From Chiloscyllium plagiosum (lineage: Eukaryota): DNA of 64,000 nucleotides. Within the stretch, counting starts at the first letter, position 1. Every line of letters begins with the position of its first letter. Position numbers and translations under genes: made by a program. The stretch covers positions 32,194,791 through 32,258,790 of the forward strand of contig NC_057718.1 of NCBI RefSeq assembly GCF_004010195.1, read 5' to 3'. Below are positions 38,414 through 50,680 of this stretch, piece after piece. The notes under the pieces are model-generated. The model searched no databases. It worked only from the letters and a program-made list of their open reading frames with translations, and was not told where the DNA came from.

Positions 38414-39561
38414 GGTCTCCACCAACACAGCAGAGGCCTTTATGGACCAGGGGGGCCCACAAGGCGAAATGTCATAGTTAATAATGATGTTTCGATTTAA
38501 TTTTGTTATGTTTCTATTGACCATCTGATTTTGTTTCTGTGCCTCACTATGGGCTAACGTTTTAAAACTTTATTTAAAAGAGTAGTAGGATTGGAGTATG
38601 TTGAATGATGATGTAAATTATTTATGTTTTCATTAGAAATGAAAAGATTGAATGGCAATAATAATGCTGCTTTAGCATAATAAAGATTCAAGAAGGTGTG
38701 ATAACAAGTTGTTTTGTTTTATCCAGGACAGGAGGACCCGAAGACATAGTTTGTACATTAATGGAAATAAATTCCAAACAATATTTCAATGATAAATCTA
38801 TGAAATATGAGTTTTGGGGAAATGATGTAGACAGGATGTTGAGTCATTCAAATGCAAGTTCATTTTTTTTAGAACAGAATACTTCAGGGGATAGTGTCTG
38901 AGCAGAAGCAAAGAGCCAATATTTGCAGTCAAAAAGACTTCATGGACCTTTAAGAATGTCAGGCAGGAGCTGGAAGCAGAAGTCCTGCCTTCATTTCTCA
39001 TGGATTCAATCTTTTACCTGTGGAGAAGGGAAGGAACTGTGACTCACACAGAGAATGACTCACTTGAACTTAGCAGGGCCATTTGAACTTCGTCCTGAGT
39101 TCAGACAAAGCCCATTTTCTGTTACAAAGGTCCTAACCCTACACTGTGCGAGTCACTAATCAATGGGAGTCGATGTAAATATAATTGAAAAATGGATAAT
39201 GTCTATTCAAGACATAATCAGATTTTTTAACACCCTCCACCCCTATAAAAAGGCTTAAGTTGTCATCATGTCAGACTGATTTGATTGATAGATCATCTGG
39301 TGCAGATGAGAAAAATTGAAGCACTTGATCTGCATTTCAATTGAGCTCTGTCTTGATCTTGCCCTGAGGCCTACTGGTATGCTTTAGAGGATTGGACAAT
39401 CTTGATCCTATGATTCCCAAACGTTCCAATAGTGGGACTTCTCTGATCTTACATCTGGCTCTATTTTCAATAATTCATGCAGATTCATTTCTGCGATTAG
39501 TCAACAATTTTATTACCCTTGTAATGATGAGACTACTAGAATGATAGGAAGTCTTTCTTTT

Positions 39562-40517
39562 ATAGAGTCATAGAGATGTACAGCATGGAAACAGACCCTT
39601 TGGTCCAACCTGTCCATGCCGACCAGATATCCCAACCCAATCTAGTCCCACCTGCCAGCACCCGGCCCATACCCCTCCAAACCCTTCCTATTCATATACC
39701 CATCCCAATGCCTTTTAAATGTTGCAATTGTACTAGTCTCCACCAATTCCTCTGGCAGCTCATTCCATACACGTACAACCCTCTCTGTGAAAACATTGCC
39801 CATAAGGTCCTTTTTACATCTTTCCCCTCTCACCCTAAACCTATGCCCTCTAGTTCTGGTTTCCCCGACTGCAAGGAAAAGATTTTGTCTATTTATCCTA
39901 TCCATGCCCCTCATAATTTTGTAAACTCTATAAGGTCACCCCTCAGCCTCTGACGCTCCAGGGAAAACAGCCCCAACCTGTTCGGCCTCTCTCTATAGCT
40001 CAATTCCTCCAACCCTGGCAACATCCTTGTAAATCTTTTCTGAACCCTTTCAAGTTTCACAACATCTTTCCGATAGGAAGGAAACCATAATTGCATGCAA
40101 TATTCCAACAGTGGCCTAACCAATGTCCTGTACAGCCTCAACATGACCTTCCAACTCCTGTACTCAATACTCTGACCAATAAAGGAAAGCATACCAAACA
40201 TTTTCTTCACTATCCTATCTACCTGTGACTCCACTTTCAAGGAGCTATGAACCTGCACTCCAAAGTCTCTTTGTTCAGCAACACTCCCTAGGACCTTACC
40301 ATTAAGTGTATAAGTCCTGCTATGGCACTCCACTGATCACAGCCTCCAGTCTGAAAAACAACCCTCCACCACACTCTGTCTTCTACCTTTGAGCCAGTTC
40401 TGTATCCAAATGGCTAGTTCTCCCTGTATTCTGTGAGATCTAACCTTGCTAATCAGTCTCCCATGGGGAATCTTGTCAAATGCCTTACTGAAGTCCACAT
40501 CTACCACTCTGCCATCA
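39562..40517 (-). mobile_element. CR1 (HER1-like) LINE 3' fragment with internal deletion
   Basis: ORFs 39642-39914, 39911-40333 and 40337-40540 encode CR1 RT segments; deletion junction near 40322; microsatellite tail at 39562. Confidence 0.93.
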
Positions 40518-42431
40518 AAAATGTTGATAATATGATCCAAGATCCACTACATTTTTGTACACGCTCATTTCCATCAAAGTTCATTTATTTTTTTCCTACC
40601 CGTTACCATCCCCACTGCCTCTGTCCTAGTACTCATTCTGAGGCTAATTGGTACACTACTACTGTGACCGGTTAAATCAACTCAGAATAGGAAATCACTC
40701 TGGCTTATTACTTTTGGACTCAAATAGGAGAAACACATTGACAACACTAGTTGCTTGGAAGGGTCACAAAGATTGTCACTTCGTCAATGCACAGAAAGGT
40801 TACCAGCATCATCATGGGCAATAAAATTAGGGGAAGGCAATCTGGGATTATGGTGACACCGGGATAGTGGTTTGAAGTTAAAATGTCTGTTTTTGCTTGA
40901 AATGTTGTATCCTAAAGGCAGTCCATCAATATTGTTTGCGAAATATGTTCTTCCATACAACTTTCTGAAAAATTACCAACAGGTTTGAAAGTTAAAATCT
41001 GATTAATTCACTCACGCACATTCACTGTTTGTAAAATGTTTCAAGAACTGCAGGTACAAGGGGCTGAGGGAGAGAGTTCCAGAAAATGCTGTTCCATTCC
41101 ACAATTAACTATAACAACATCTGTGTTTTTCTCATGTGAATAGACCTGTAAAAAACCATTCAGCAATATGACATTTGCTACAAAATTCATTACTGTGGCC
41201 TGTTTGAACGGGTTTGGCAATTCATTATTGTTGCTGGTAGTTTAGTTGATGTGAAGATTATTCTTTACAACATTCAGATTCTTCCAGATAGTTTTTCTTT
41301 TTGCATGGCAGGAGCAAAATAGGTGTGAACTTTCCAGTTATAATTTATTGTTCATCAAATATTTAATCTTCATTTCTATGGATAACCAAAGCTCTATGTT
41401 GACTGTAGCAACAAAGGTACATAAACAGCATCCACACCACTGGGGATGCAGTAAGGTGGAAGAGTGTAAACAGATTAACATTTAGTAATGGATTCAGACA
41501 GTACAGAATAATGTGTTGCTAACCGCAGGCATTGTACAAATTAGTATTTGGTTTAAATAGTACTCATTACTCTGTAATGAATGATTAGTGATTCAGATAC
41601 TGCACGATAATTATTGTGAACACAAATGATATTCTCTGTTGCAGAGAATATTTCTGTACAATTGTGATCAAATAGGAGATGCAATATACCTTCCCCAACC
41701 CACCTGCTTAATAGGGCTAGATGAGCCCTTGCTTGATAATTAAAATGACAAGCTGCTTTCTATTCAGACACACCATACTGTAAATGCACAGCATTTGAAA
41801 AAGAGAAGACAAATTGGCTTTTCAGATGAAAACCATTCATTGTGAGTCTTTCATTTCTTTTTCAGATGCTGCCTTGAACTGCTGAATGTTTTCCAATTTT
41901 TTTTATTGCTTGTTTCTTTTTTATTCAATCTGAGCATTATATTTAGATTATTTTGCTTTTTAATGTGTATTTTTATAGATGGTTATTTATATTCTCTTCT
42001 TGCTAGAAGTACACAGTCCGAAAGAGCAAAGAATAGTCAGTCACTGCCAACAACCATTAAAGGTAACAAGTCAATCAGTAAATAAAGCGAAGTTCCAAGA
42101 ACAAGTAGGTTTAAATTTGTCATTAATATAGAATTATAGAACTGTTACAGCACAGAATGAAGTCACTCATCAATCATTTCTGTACTCGCTTTCTGCAACA
42201 ACAGTTCATCTAGTGCCACTCGTTGGCTTACCCCTGTAATCCTGCAAGATTTACTTCTACAGATAATGATCCAATTCCCTTTTGAAAGCTACAATTGAAT
42301 TTGCCTCCACCATGCTCATGACCACCATGTTCGAGATTGGAATGACTCATTGACTTAAAACATTTTTTCTTGTGTCGTTGCTGAATCTTGTGTCATTTTT
42401 CTTAAATCTTAGATGTGTTACAGAACCAAAA

Positions 42432-42663
42432 GGAGAAAGTGAGGACTGCAGATGCTGGAGATCAGAGCTGAAAATGTGTTGCTGGAAAAGCGCAGCAGGT
42501 CAGGCAGCATCCAAGGAGCAGGAGAATCGACGTTTCAGGCATGGGTCCTTCTTCAGGAGTTCTGAAGATTCCTGAAGAAGGGCTCATGCCTGAAACGTCG
42601 ATTCTCCTGCTCCTTGGATGCTGCCTGACCTGCTGCACTTTTCCAGCAACACATTTTCAGCTC
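42432..42663. mobile_element. Palindromic Penelope-derived mini-element (family A) with 15-bp TSD and two opposed hammerhead-like cores
   Basis: TSD GTTACAGAACCAAAA at 42417-42431 and 42664-42678; ~95-bp inverted arms; cores at 42572-42599 (+) and 42529-42556 (-). Inserted at the edge of an old reverse CR1 3' end (~42130-42420). Confidence 0.85.
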
Positions 42664-43663
42664 GTTACAGAACCAAAACACTGGAAATGTTGGTTTATGT
42701 TCAGAGTCAGTGGTCACTTCTAATAGTAGCTGTATCGTTTTGCTAATGTTCTCTGATTGGTGTGGTTTGTTTGGTCTCTATTAACTGTGCAGTCATTATT
42801 TCAGGAGATGGTGGCGTGCAGTTTGGGTTGTAAAACAGATGGAATTACAATCTGTACTCAAAAATACTTAAGAGAAGTGTCCAAAGAAAGCGATTCACTT
42901 CAAGGGGTATTTTTTGGTAGAACTAGTCAGAAATTGACTCCAGATTCTCTAATTGTATTGAGTTAATAGAAATGTTTGGCTGAGCAGAGCAGGTTGCAAT
43001 TTGTATATAACATACTGTTACTTCACCTGAAATGGTGGGATTGCAGTTGATGGCTCCAAGCTGCATTTGAAGACAAATAAACAGTTATATAAAAATTTGG
43101 GCAATTTGCCTCACCATTGCGAAAGGAGAACCACAATCAAATGTGAAGAACATTCAGAAGCATCTCCAGTTCAGTCACAATTGAAATATGATTTGAGTTG
43201 ATAGATAATTGGATTTATTCCAACACTTATCTATGTTTCAATAGGGTGACATATTTAACATTTTAAAAAGCTACCAAAGACATGAGAGATGAACTTTACA
43301 TCTCTGTTTGAACTCCAGTGGTTTTGACAGCAGGGCAGTGTCTCTTTGTCCGCTGCATTTCACACCAATGATTTGCTTTAGTGCTGCAGCTTACAGTTTT
43401 TTGGCTAAGTCCAAGTTGTGTTGAATGTTTTGGAGGAGTTTTCATTGCAAAGCCTCATGACTTTCCTTGCCGTACCTACCAAATTCGCCTCACGAATTAC
43501 TTACCACGATCCTGTGGCATCCCTGGTTCTATCTTACCATGTACCGTTCCCAGGACAACTCCCCACTCAGCAAATTTCCCAAAATTCACCAGTATCCCTT
43601 GTGCCTGTGCCATCTGTTGTGCACCCAGAGCTGCCCTGCATGGTTCCTGACATTTGCCCAGAC

Positions 43664-43875
43664 ATGGCGGACAGGGGAAATTGGTGTACGGACTGGGACT
43701 TGGAACTCCTGCTGGGTGGGGTGTGCACAGGTAGGATCTCCTCTTGTCCCAGCACCAGGGATGGAGTCCACAGCATTGCACCATGCCAGCCCAGTCGGAA
43801 GTTGTCACCTAGGTTCAAAAGTCTTGGCCATTTCGAGGAATACCCAGCACTGTAGGAAGAAGGTTAATGACCTTT
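43664..43875 (+). mobile_element. PIF/Harbinger Myb/SANT-like DNA-binding ORF relic
   Basis: MADRG..TDWDLELLLGGV...(frameshift)...AISRNTQHCRKKVNDL resembles the Harbinger-associated Myb/SANT pattern (F.D.DLE.LL..V / R...QCRKK.NDL). Confidence 0.65.
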
Positions 43876-45539
43876 TCCACTCCACCAGCCTAAGTGTCAC
43901 CATTGTTTCTCTCTGATATATCACAGACTCTATATCTCTTACCCTCCACACCTCCGATCAAGGCTAATAGTCTGCCACTCTCATTGATGCTAGCAACATC
44001 TTCCCTCACTTGCTGTCACCCACCACTCAATTCCTGTGGCACCTCTGAGCTGCCCAGTCAGTCACTTTGGAACATCTCAAAATTAACAACTGTGTTACTC
44101 ACTTTCATCTCCTTAAATACCTGTCTGTCTTTAATTCCAGGAGGAAAACATAGAGCAGAAACCTCTAGACAGGTGATGGGCTGCCCGATATTCAGTTCCT
44201 CATCCCTTATATGGAGAGATCATGATTCTGACCACTGTGAATTGCTCCCTTCCATTTCCCAGCCCCTGGACTGAGGAAATGGAAAGTGTGTGAACTTTGC
44301 TCACGCTGACTTGTGAATTTCTCACCAGTCACCCTATGTATGAATTTGGCTGATGCTTAGCAACCATGTCTTAATCACAACATTGATATTATGGAGGTAC
44401 TTTTACTGTTGGGGATTAAGGCTTCAAAGAGACTCTGGGATGGTCAAACTATGGTTTGTGCTGCAGCGTTTGATTAATCAATCTTTAAAGCAAGATGCCA
44501 TTTTGGTAAAATTGTTTAAACATAAGCTAAGGACAGCTCACTGAGGCTGATTAAACCTCGAATTATCAATTAAACTGACCTGTAATAATCAATAACAAGG
44601 CAGCACTCCAATTTGATGCCTTATGCCACTATTAGCTGCCCTTCTTAGTGGTGAACAAAAGTTGATGATAAGATTTACAAGCAGTACTTAAAGCAGTGCT
44701 GAGTTTTCACAATTCACTTATTGAAAGAGATCAGCTGACTGACTACACTACATTTGAAACCACTTTTGATAAACACCAGAAGTATTGTATCAATAATTCT
44801 CCATCACTGTCAACAATCTTCCATGCTCATTACTTAAAAGTGAGTACGGTGCTACTGTGCCTTTGTTGGAGATCTTATAGGAGTTCCCAGGAGAAAGGGA
44901 GATGATAGTGATGGAGATCCTACTTGGGAATCCCTTTAATGTTTGCGAGGAGAAGGTGAAGCCTTTTTTTCCTGGCAACCTCTAGTGACCCTTTCACCGT
45001 GGCTGCTGGGAAATAGAGCAATATGTTCTGTCCAGAGGGTCTGTGGCCTACTCCAACCTGCGGTTAGATGAGGTAGCAGTGTCTGGCCTGCTGTCTGTGA
45101 TAGCGATAGGATTTGACACTTCCCAACCACTGAACAACCTGGGTAATGGCAGGTTAGTTGGTACAATATGGCCAGAATGCAAAAGTGAGCCTCTTCATAT
45201 CGAGAGAAGAAAAATTCAGTTTTCCACCCAAGGTTTTAATGGCGAGAAGAAAATCCCGCTAATGAATGGTGAGAGTTCTATTTACATTCACTAACATTTC
45301 AGTATTACTTAATTTTACCTTTTTATGTGCAGTTTGCTATTTTCCTGCACAGCGAAGAGAAACTAAATGATGACAAAGCTTGATGTGAAAGTTTGAGCAG
45401 GTACATGGTGGCTGCAACTTGCCAGCAATTCTCTCCGGGATCCTCCTTGGCCAGCATGCTCCAAGACCCTCAGGTCTTCATTGACAGCGACTGCTGGCAT
45501 ATTCCATCTGTGGAAGCTGGCATTGCCAAAGCACCAGTC

Positions 45540-45720
45540 TCAACACATCATCAGGTTTCCAAGCATTTGGGTCTCAATCGTCATATAGTTCACCACCTCT
45601 GTGTGCCCGTTAAAGTTCACCACATGTTGCAATGTCGCTGCCAGACTATTTTGTGCATAGGGACAGGTCCTCATCTCATTTCGCAGAACAGGGTGCATCT
45701 CAGGCTCTTAAATTGCACTC
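45540..45720 (+). mobile_element. Possible Harbinger transposase N-terminal relic
   Basis: QVSKHLGLNRHIVHHLC..VPVKV...LISQNRVH weakly resembles HARBI1-type (RLRLSR..V..LC / PVAVKV / GISQ..VH). It is convergent with the Myb relic at 46040-50760. Confidence 0.35.
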
Positions 45721-46120
45721 TTGTGCTCACACACCTTGCTGCTACTTGGATGCTTGTAGAATCTTTGTCTTGCCTTTTATCACAGACCGGCAGCTGGGCA
45801 GGTGGCTTATCGTCTTATTGATTTTTGCTGGTTGGTTTTGTTGCTTGGGAAATCTGGTGAGGTGTCCTGATTGTAAATAGGATGCACAAGAGGCAAGAAG
45901 GGTTTGTGGTCTGGGGAAATAGGGCAGGTGAGAACCATTGAGAGAAACAATGTTGAGAGTGGTCAACACTGAGTGCAGGTGGGAGTTCATTGCAATGGCA
46001 AAGTTAGAGTGAGTGTGAGGTAGGAAGGAGAAAGGAAGTGTTGGCACGTACCCTGACAGAGCATCGAAGATCATTAACCTTCTTTATGACATTGCTGCAT
46101 GATCTTTCAGACTGTGTGCA

Positions 46121-46616
46121 GGAAGGCCACCCGACCAAGGAATGTAAGGAGGCCAAGAACTGTAATCTGTGCGGAGAGGCGGGCCACATGTACAAGGCCT
46201 GCCCAAGACGAGGGGCTGCCACCTACGCACAGATGGCTGGAGGTGGCAACACGAGCCGTGGACCGCATCAGACCAGCAAGGTACCACAAACCAGCACGGG
46301 AACGGGGTCTGGAGGCACCCAGAAGGAAGGGCAGGCTGTAGGGGAGCAGACGGCAGACAGCGGGGAGATGCAGCAGCCAATCCAAGCTCCTTCAGGACAG
46401 ACGGAGGAAATGGAAGAGAAGGGAACAAAGGAGGCAGAGGATTGGATTACCGTGAAAAGCAGGAAGAGGAAACCTCCCAAAGCCACCCAACGAAGGGGGA
46501 AGCGACACCTACACAACGAGGATACAGGCAGCTCTTCCGACGGTGAGGACGGGCGCAAGGAGGGTCGTCACCAGAGGAAGGCAACAAAAAGGAAGGATAA
46601 CCTAGGCATCTTATGA
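46121..46616 (+). pseudogene. Tx1/L1-clade ORF1 C-terminal fragment (CCHC zinc knuckles plus basic/acidic tail), 5'-truncated
   Basis: Within ORF 46038-46616: ..EGHPTKEC (partial knuckle), CNLCGEAGHMYKAC (Cx2Cx4Hx4C, 46161-46202), TYAQ, WITVKSRKRK. Confidence 0.8.
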
Positions 46617-49376
46617 CTTCCAATATCTCTAATGATAAGAATGTTAGCATTAAGGCACTTTACCTGAATGCTAGTAGAATTCGTAACAAAGTAGATGAAC
46701 TAACGGCACAGATCATCGTGAATGATTATGATGTGGTAGGCATCACAGAGACATGGTTGCAGGGGGTTCAGGACTGACAGTTAAACATCCAAGGATTTAC
46801 AATTTATTGAAAAGACAGGGAGGTGGGCAGAGTGGGCGGGGTGGTCTTGTTAGTTCAGAAGAAAATTAAATCTATGGCACTGAATGACATAGGATCGGAT
46901 GATGTGGAGTCTGTGTGAGTGGAATTGAGGAACCACAAAGGCAAAAAAACCATAATGGGAGTTATGTACAAACCTCCTAACAGTGGTCAGGACCAGAGGC
47001 GCAACATGTAGTGGGTAATAGAAAAGGCATGTCAGAAAGGCAAGGTCACGGTGATCATGGGGGACTTCAATATACAGGTGGACTGGGTGACCAATGTTGC
47101 CAGTGGATCCACAGAAAGGGAATTGTTGGAATGCTTACAAGATGGCGTTTTGGAACAGCTTGTCATGGAGACCACAAGGGAGCAGGCTATTTTGTACCTA
47201 GTGCTATGTAATGAACCAGACATTATAAAAGATCTTAAAGTAAGGGAACACTTAGGAAGCAGCGATCATAATATGGTAGAGTTCAGTCTACAGTTTGAAA
47301 GAGAGACGGCAAAATCGTATGTAATGGTGTTAATGTTAAACAAAGGTAATTATGAGGGCATGAGAGGGGAACTGACTAAAATCGACTGGAAGTAGAGCCT
47401 ATCAGGGAAGACAGTACAGCAAAAATGGCAGGAGTTTGTGGGTATAATTGAGGACACAGTACAGAAGTTCATCCCCAAGAAAATAATTTATTATCTGGGG
47501 AGGGATTAGACAGCCATGGCTGACAAAGGAAGTCAGGAAATTTATCAAATAAAAAGAGAGATCCAATAAAGTGGCCAAGAGCACTGGGAAATCAGAAGAT
47601 TGGGAAGTCTACAAAAACAGAGGATAACAAAGAGAGAAATAAGGAAGGAGAGGATCAAATATAAAGATAGGCTAGCCAGTAATATTAGAAATGATAGTAA
47701 AAGTGTCTTTCAATACATAAGAAACAAACGACAGGCAAAAGTAGACATTGGGCCACNNNNNNNNNNNNNNNNNNNNNNNNNNNNNNNNNNNNNNNNNNNN
47801 NNNNNNNNNNNNNNNNNNNNNNNNNNNNNNNNNNNNNNNNNNNNNNNNNNNNNNNNNNNNNNNNNNNNNNNNNNNNNNNNNNNNNNNNNNNNNNNNNNNN
47901 NNNNNNNNNNNNNNNNNNNNNNNNNNNNNNNNNNNNNNNNNNNNNNNNNNNNNNNNNNNNNNNNNNNNNNNNNNNNNNNNNNNNNNNNNNNNNNNNNNNN
48001 NNNNNNNNNNNNNNNNNNNNNNNNNNNNNNNNNNNNAGGTTTCTAAATTCTTGGAAGAGCAGGGTCGGATTAGAACAAGTCAACATGGATTTAATAAGGG
48101 GAGGTCGTGCCTGACAAACCTGTTAGAATTCTTTGAAGAGGTGACAAGTAGGTTAGACCAGGGAAACCCATTGGATGTGGTCTACTTAGACTTCCAAAAG
48201 GCCTTTGATAAGGAGCCACACGGGAGGCTGCTGAGTAAGGTGAGGGCCCATGGTGTTCGAGGTGAGCTACTGGCATGGATTGAGGATATGCTGTCTGACA
48301 GAAGGCAGAGGGTTGGATAAGAGCTTCTTTTTCGGAATGGCAGCCAGTGACAAGCGGTGTCCCACAGGGTTCAGTGTTGAGGCCACAGCTGTTCACGTTA
48401 TATATTAATGATCTGGATGAAGGGACTGGGGGCATTCTAGTGAAGTTTGCCGATGATACAAAGATAGGTGGACAGGCAGGTTGTACTGAGGAAGTGGGTA
48501 GGCTGCAGAAGGATCTAGACAGTTTGGGAGAGTAGTCCAGGAAATGGCTGATGAAGTTCAATGTGAGCAAATGCGAGGTCTTGCACTTTGGAAAAAAGAA
48601 TACCAGCATAAACTACTTTGTAAACGGTGAGAAAATTCATAAAGCCAAAGTACAAAGAGATCTGGGAGTGCTAGTCCTGCATTCTCTAAAGGTAAACATG
48701 CAGGTTGAATCCGTGATTAAGAAAGCGAATGCAATGTTGTTATTTGTCTCAAGAGGTTTGGAATATAAAAGCAGTGATATGCTCCTGAGACTTTATAACG
48801 CTCTGGTTAGGCCCCATTTGGAGTACTGTGCACAGTATTGGGCCCCACATCTCAGGAGGGACATACTGGCACTGGAGCGAGTCCAGCAGAGATTCACACG
48901 GATGATCCCTGGAATGGTAGGCCTAACATACGAGGAACGGCTGAGGATCCTGGGATTGTACTCATTGGAGTTTAGAAGGTTAAGGGGAGATCTATTAGAA
49001 ACTTACAAGATAATACATGGCTTGGAAAGGGTGGACGCGAAGAAATTGTTTCCGTTAGGTGGGGAGACTAGGACCCGTGGGCACAGCCTTAAAATTAGAC
49101 GGGGTCAATTCAGAACAGAAATGCGGAGACATTTCTTCAGCCAGAGAGTGGTGGGCCTGTGGAATTCATTGCAGCACAGTGCAGTGGAAGCAGGGACGCT
49201 AAATGTCTTCAAGGCAGAGATTGATAAATTCTTGATGTCACAAAGATTAAGGGCTACGGGGAGAATGCGGGTAAGTGGAGTTGAAATGCTCATCAGCCAT
49301 GATTAAATGGCGGAGTGGACCCGACGGGCCTAATGGCCTTACTTCCACTCCTATGTCTAATGGTCTTATGATCTTA
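46613..49376 (+). mobile_element. CR1 LINE ORF2 (APE endonuclease + RT) and 3' UTR, inactivated; a different subfamily from the other CR1s here
   Basis: ALYLNASRIRNK, GITETW, IMGDFN, GSSDH (endonuclease); [35 protein letters not shown] (RT); TCTTATG-type tail. There are several stops (e.g. 46775) and an N gap at 47757-48036. Confidence 0.93.
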
Positions 49377-49399
49377 AATGCAACTTGATCAGATTTCGA

Positions 49400-49925
49400 A
49401 CATGAAAGGAACAAGCTCTGGTTACAGTGGGAGATAAATCGTTCACTTATCGTGTGTGTGGACGAGGTTTTTACCCTATCATGAGACCTTACACACCTCA
49501 ATTGCAGTCATACTGAGTAAAGACTGTGGAAATGTGGGGATTCATTTCCCTATCTGAGCTGAATTCCCATGGATGCAATGATACCAGGCACAAGCCATTC
49601 ATCTACTCAGAGTGTGGGAAGAGATTCACTCTGCCTCTGACCTGCTGCGACACCTGCTCGTTCAAAATGATGAAAAACCATTTCAATGTCTGAACTGCGG
49701 AAAATGCTTTAAAAGTCCAGCAATTGGATAACCGAACACCACGCTCGTACTAATGAGAAAACTTTTATCTCTCCGGACTTTGGAAAATGTTATCAAACCT
49801 CGATGTTCTTCATCTCTGAGAAATATGCTCACATAAATAAGGGTCCATTAAGAATTATGGAGACCTGACGTCTGATCCACGTGCTCACCCGGAGGAGAGA
49901 CATCTCCAACTTCAAATCTGTGGGA
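49400..49925 (+). pseudogene. Degenerate tandem C2H2 zinc-finger gene fragment
   Basis: Frameshifted pieces KSFTYRVCGRGF, WKCGD, KPFIYSECGKRFT, LLRHLLVQNDEKPFQCLNCGKCFKS, HARTNEKTF..PDFGKCYQ, with TGEKP-like linkers. Confidence 0.8.
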
Positions 49926-49991
49926 CATGCTGTAAAGTCCGAGCGACCGGATGGCTCATCACCTTTCCCACCATATTAACAGGTCTTTCTA

Positions 49992-50680
49992 AAGGGCTCT
50001 GCCTGTGAGATCCTTTATGCACGCCCGGACTCTCAGCTGCACCGCACGCTGCCCTTGAAGCGGCTGTGGGGGGGACGAGACTGTCACACACCTCCTTCTG
50101 GAATTTGCCTAAGCAGAAGAAGTCTGGAGAGGAATGCAGTGGTGTTTGTCGAGGTTCGTCCCGAGCAGCGCCGTGACGCGGGACTCCGTGCTTTACAGCC
50201 TGTTCCCCGGGACTCACACCGAGACGAACATCAACTGTACCTGGAGGATCATCAACTCGGTGAAGGACGCTCTCTGGGTGGTCCGAAACCTGTTGATCTT
50301 CCAGCTGAAGGAGTTGACCCCGACTGAGTGTTGCAAACTGGCACATTCCAAGGTCCAGGACTACGTGTTGAGGGATGCGCTGAAGCTTGGGGCAGGACTA
50401 CGTGTTGAGGGATGCGCTGAAGCTTGGGGCAGCTGCTGCGCGGTGGGGAAAGACCACCGTGTAACATCTGCCTGACTAAAAAGGAACAGGGGGCCCGCGC
50501 AGTCATTTGGGCTCTGCTGACGCCTCAGCTAAAAATGTAATCGTACAGACCTGTAAATAGGAATGATTACTCTGTTTTCGGTATGCAAACAAATGGAATG
50601 TTTATATATGTATGGCATGTCCAACTGTACAGACCATTAAAGTATTTTATGAATAAAGTATATTTTTGAAATAAAAAAAA
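49992..50680 (+). mobile_element. Tx1-like ORF2 C-terminal (Cys/His) region and 3' UTR
   Basis: RALPVRSFMHARTL...RCP*SGCGGDETVTHLLLE...VW ... WRIINSVKDALW..RN is an L1/Tx1-type C-terminal zinc-binding domain; contains a 37-bp tandem duplication at 50356-50429. Confidence 0.85.

Larger units (their letters stand above)
46121..50680 (+). mobile_element. Composite non-LTR retro-insertion with Tx1-like ends, 20-bp TSD and A-tail
   Basis: TSD GATCTTTCAGACTGTGTGCA at 46101-46120 and 50681-50700; AATAAA at 50652-50657; A8 at 50673-50680. Confidence 0.9.

Noticed and set aside
47600..48320. Long ORFs spanning N runs (also 54402-55142 and 59991-60710)
   Set aside because: Their length is an artefact of assembly gaps; the real parts are CR1 or non-coding.
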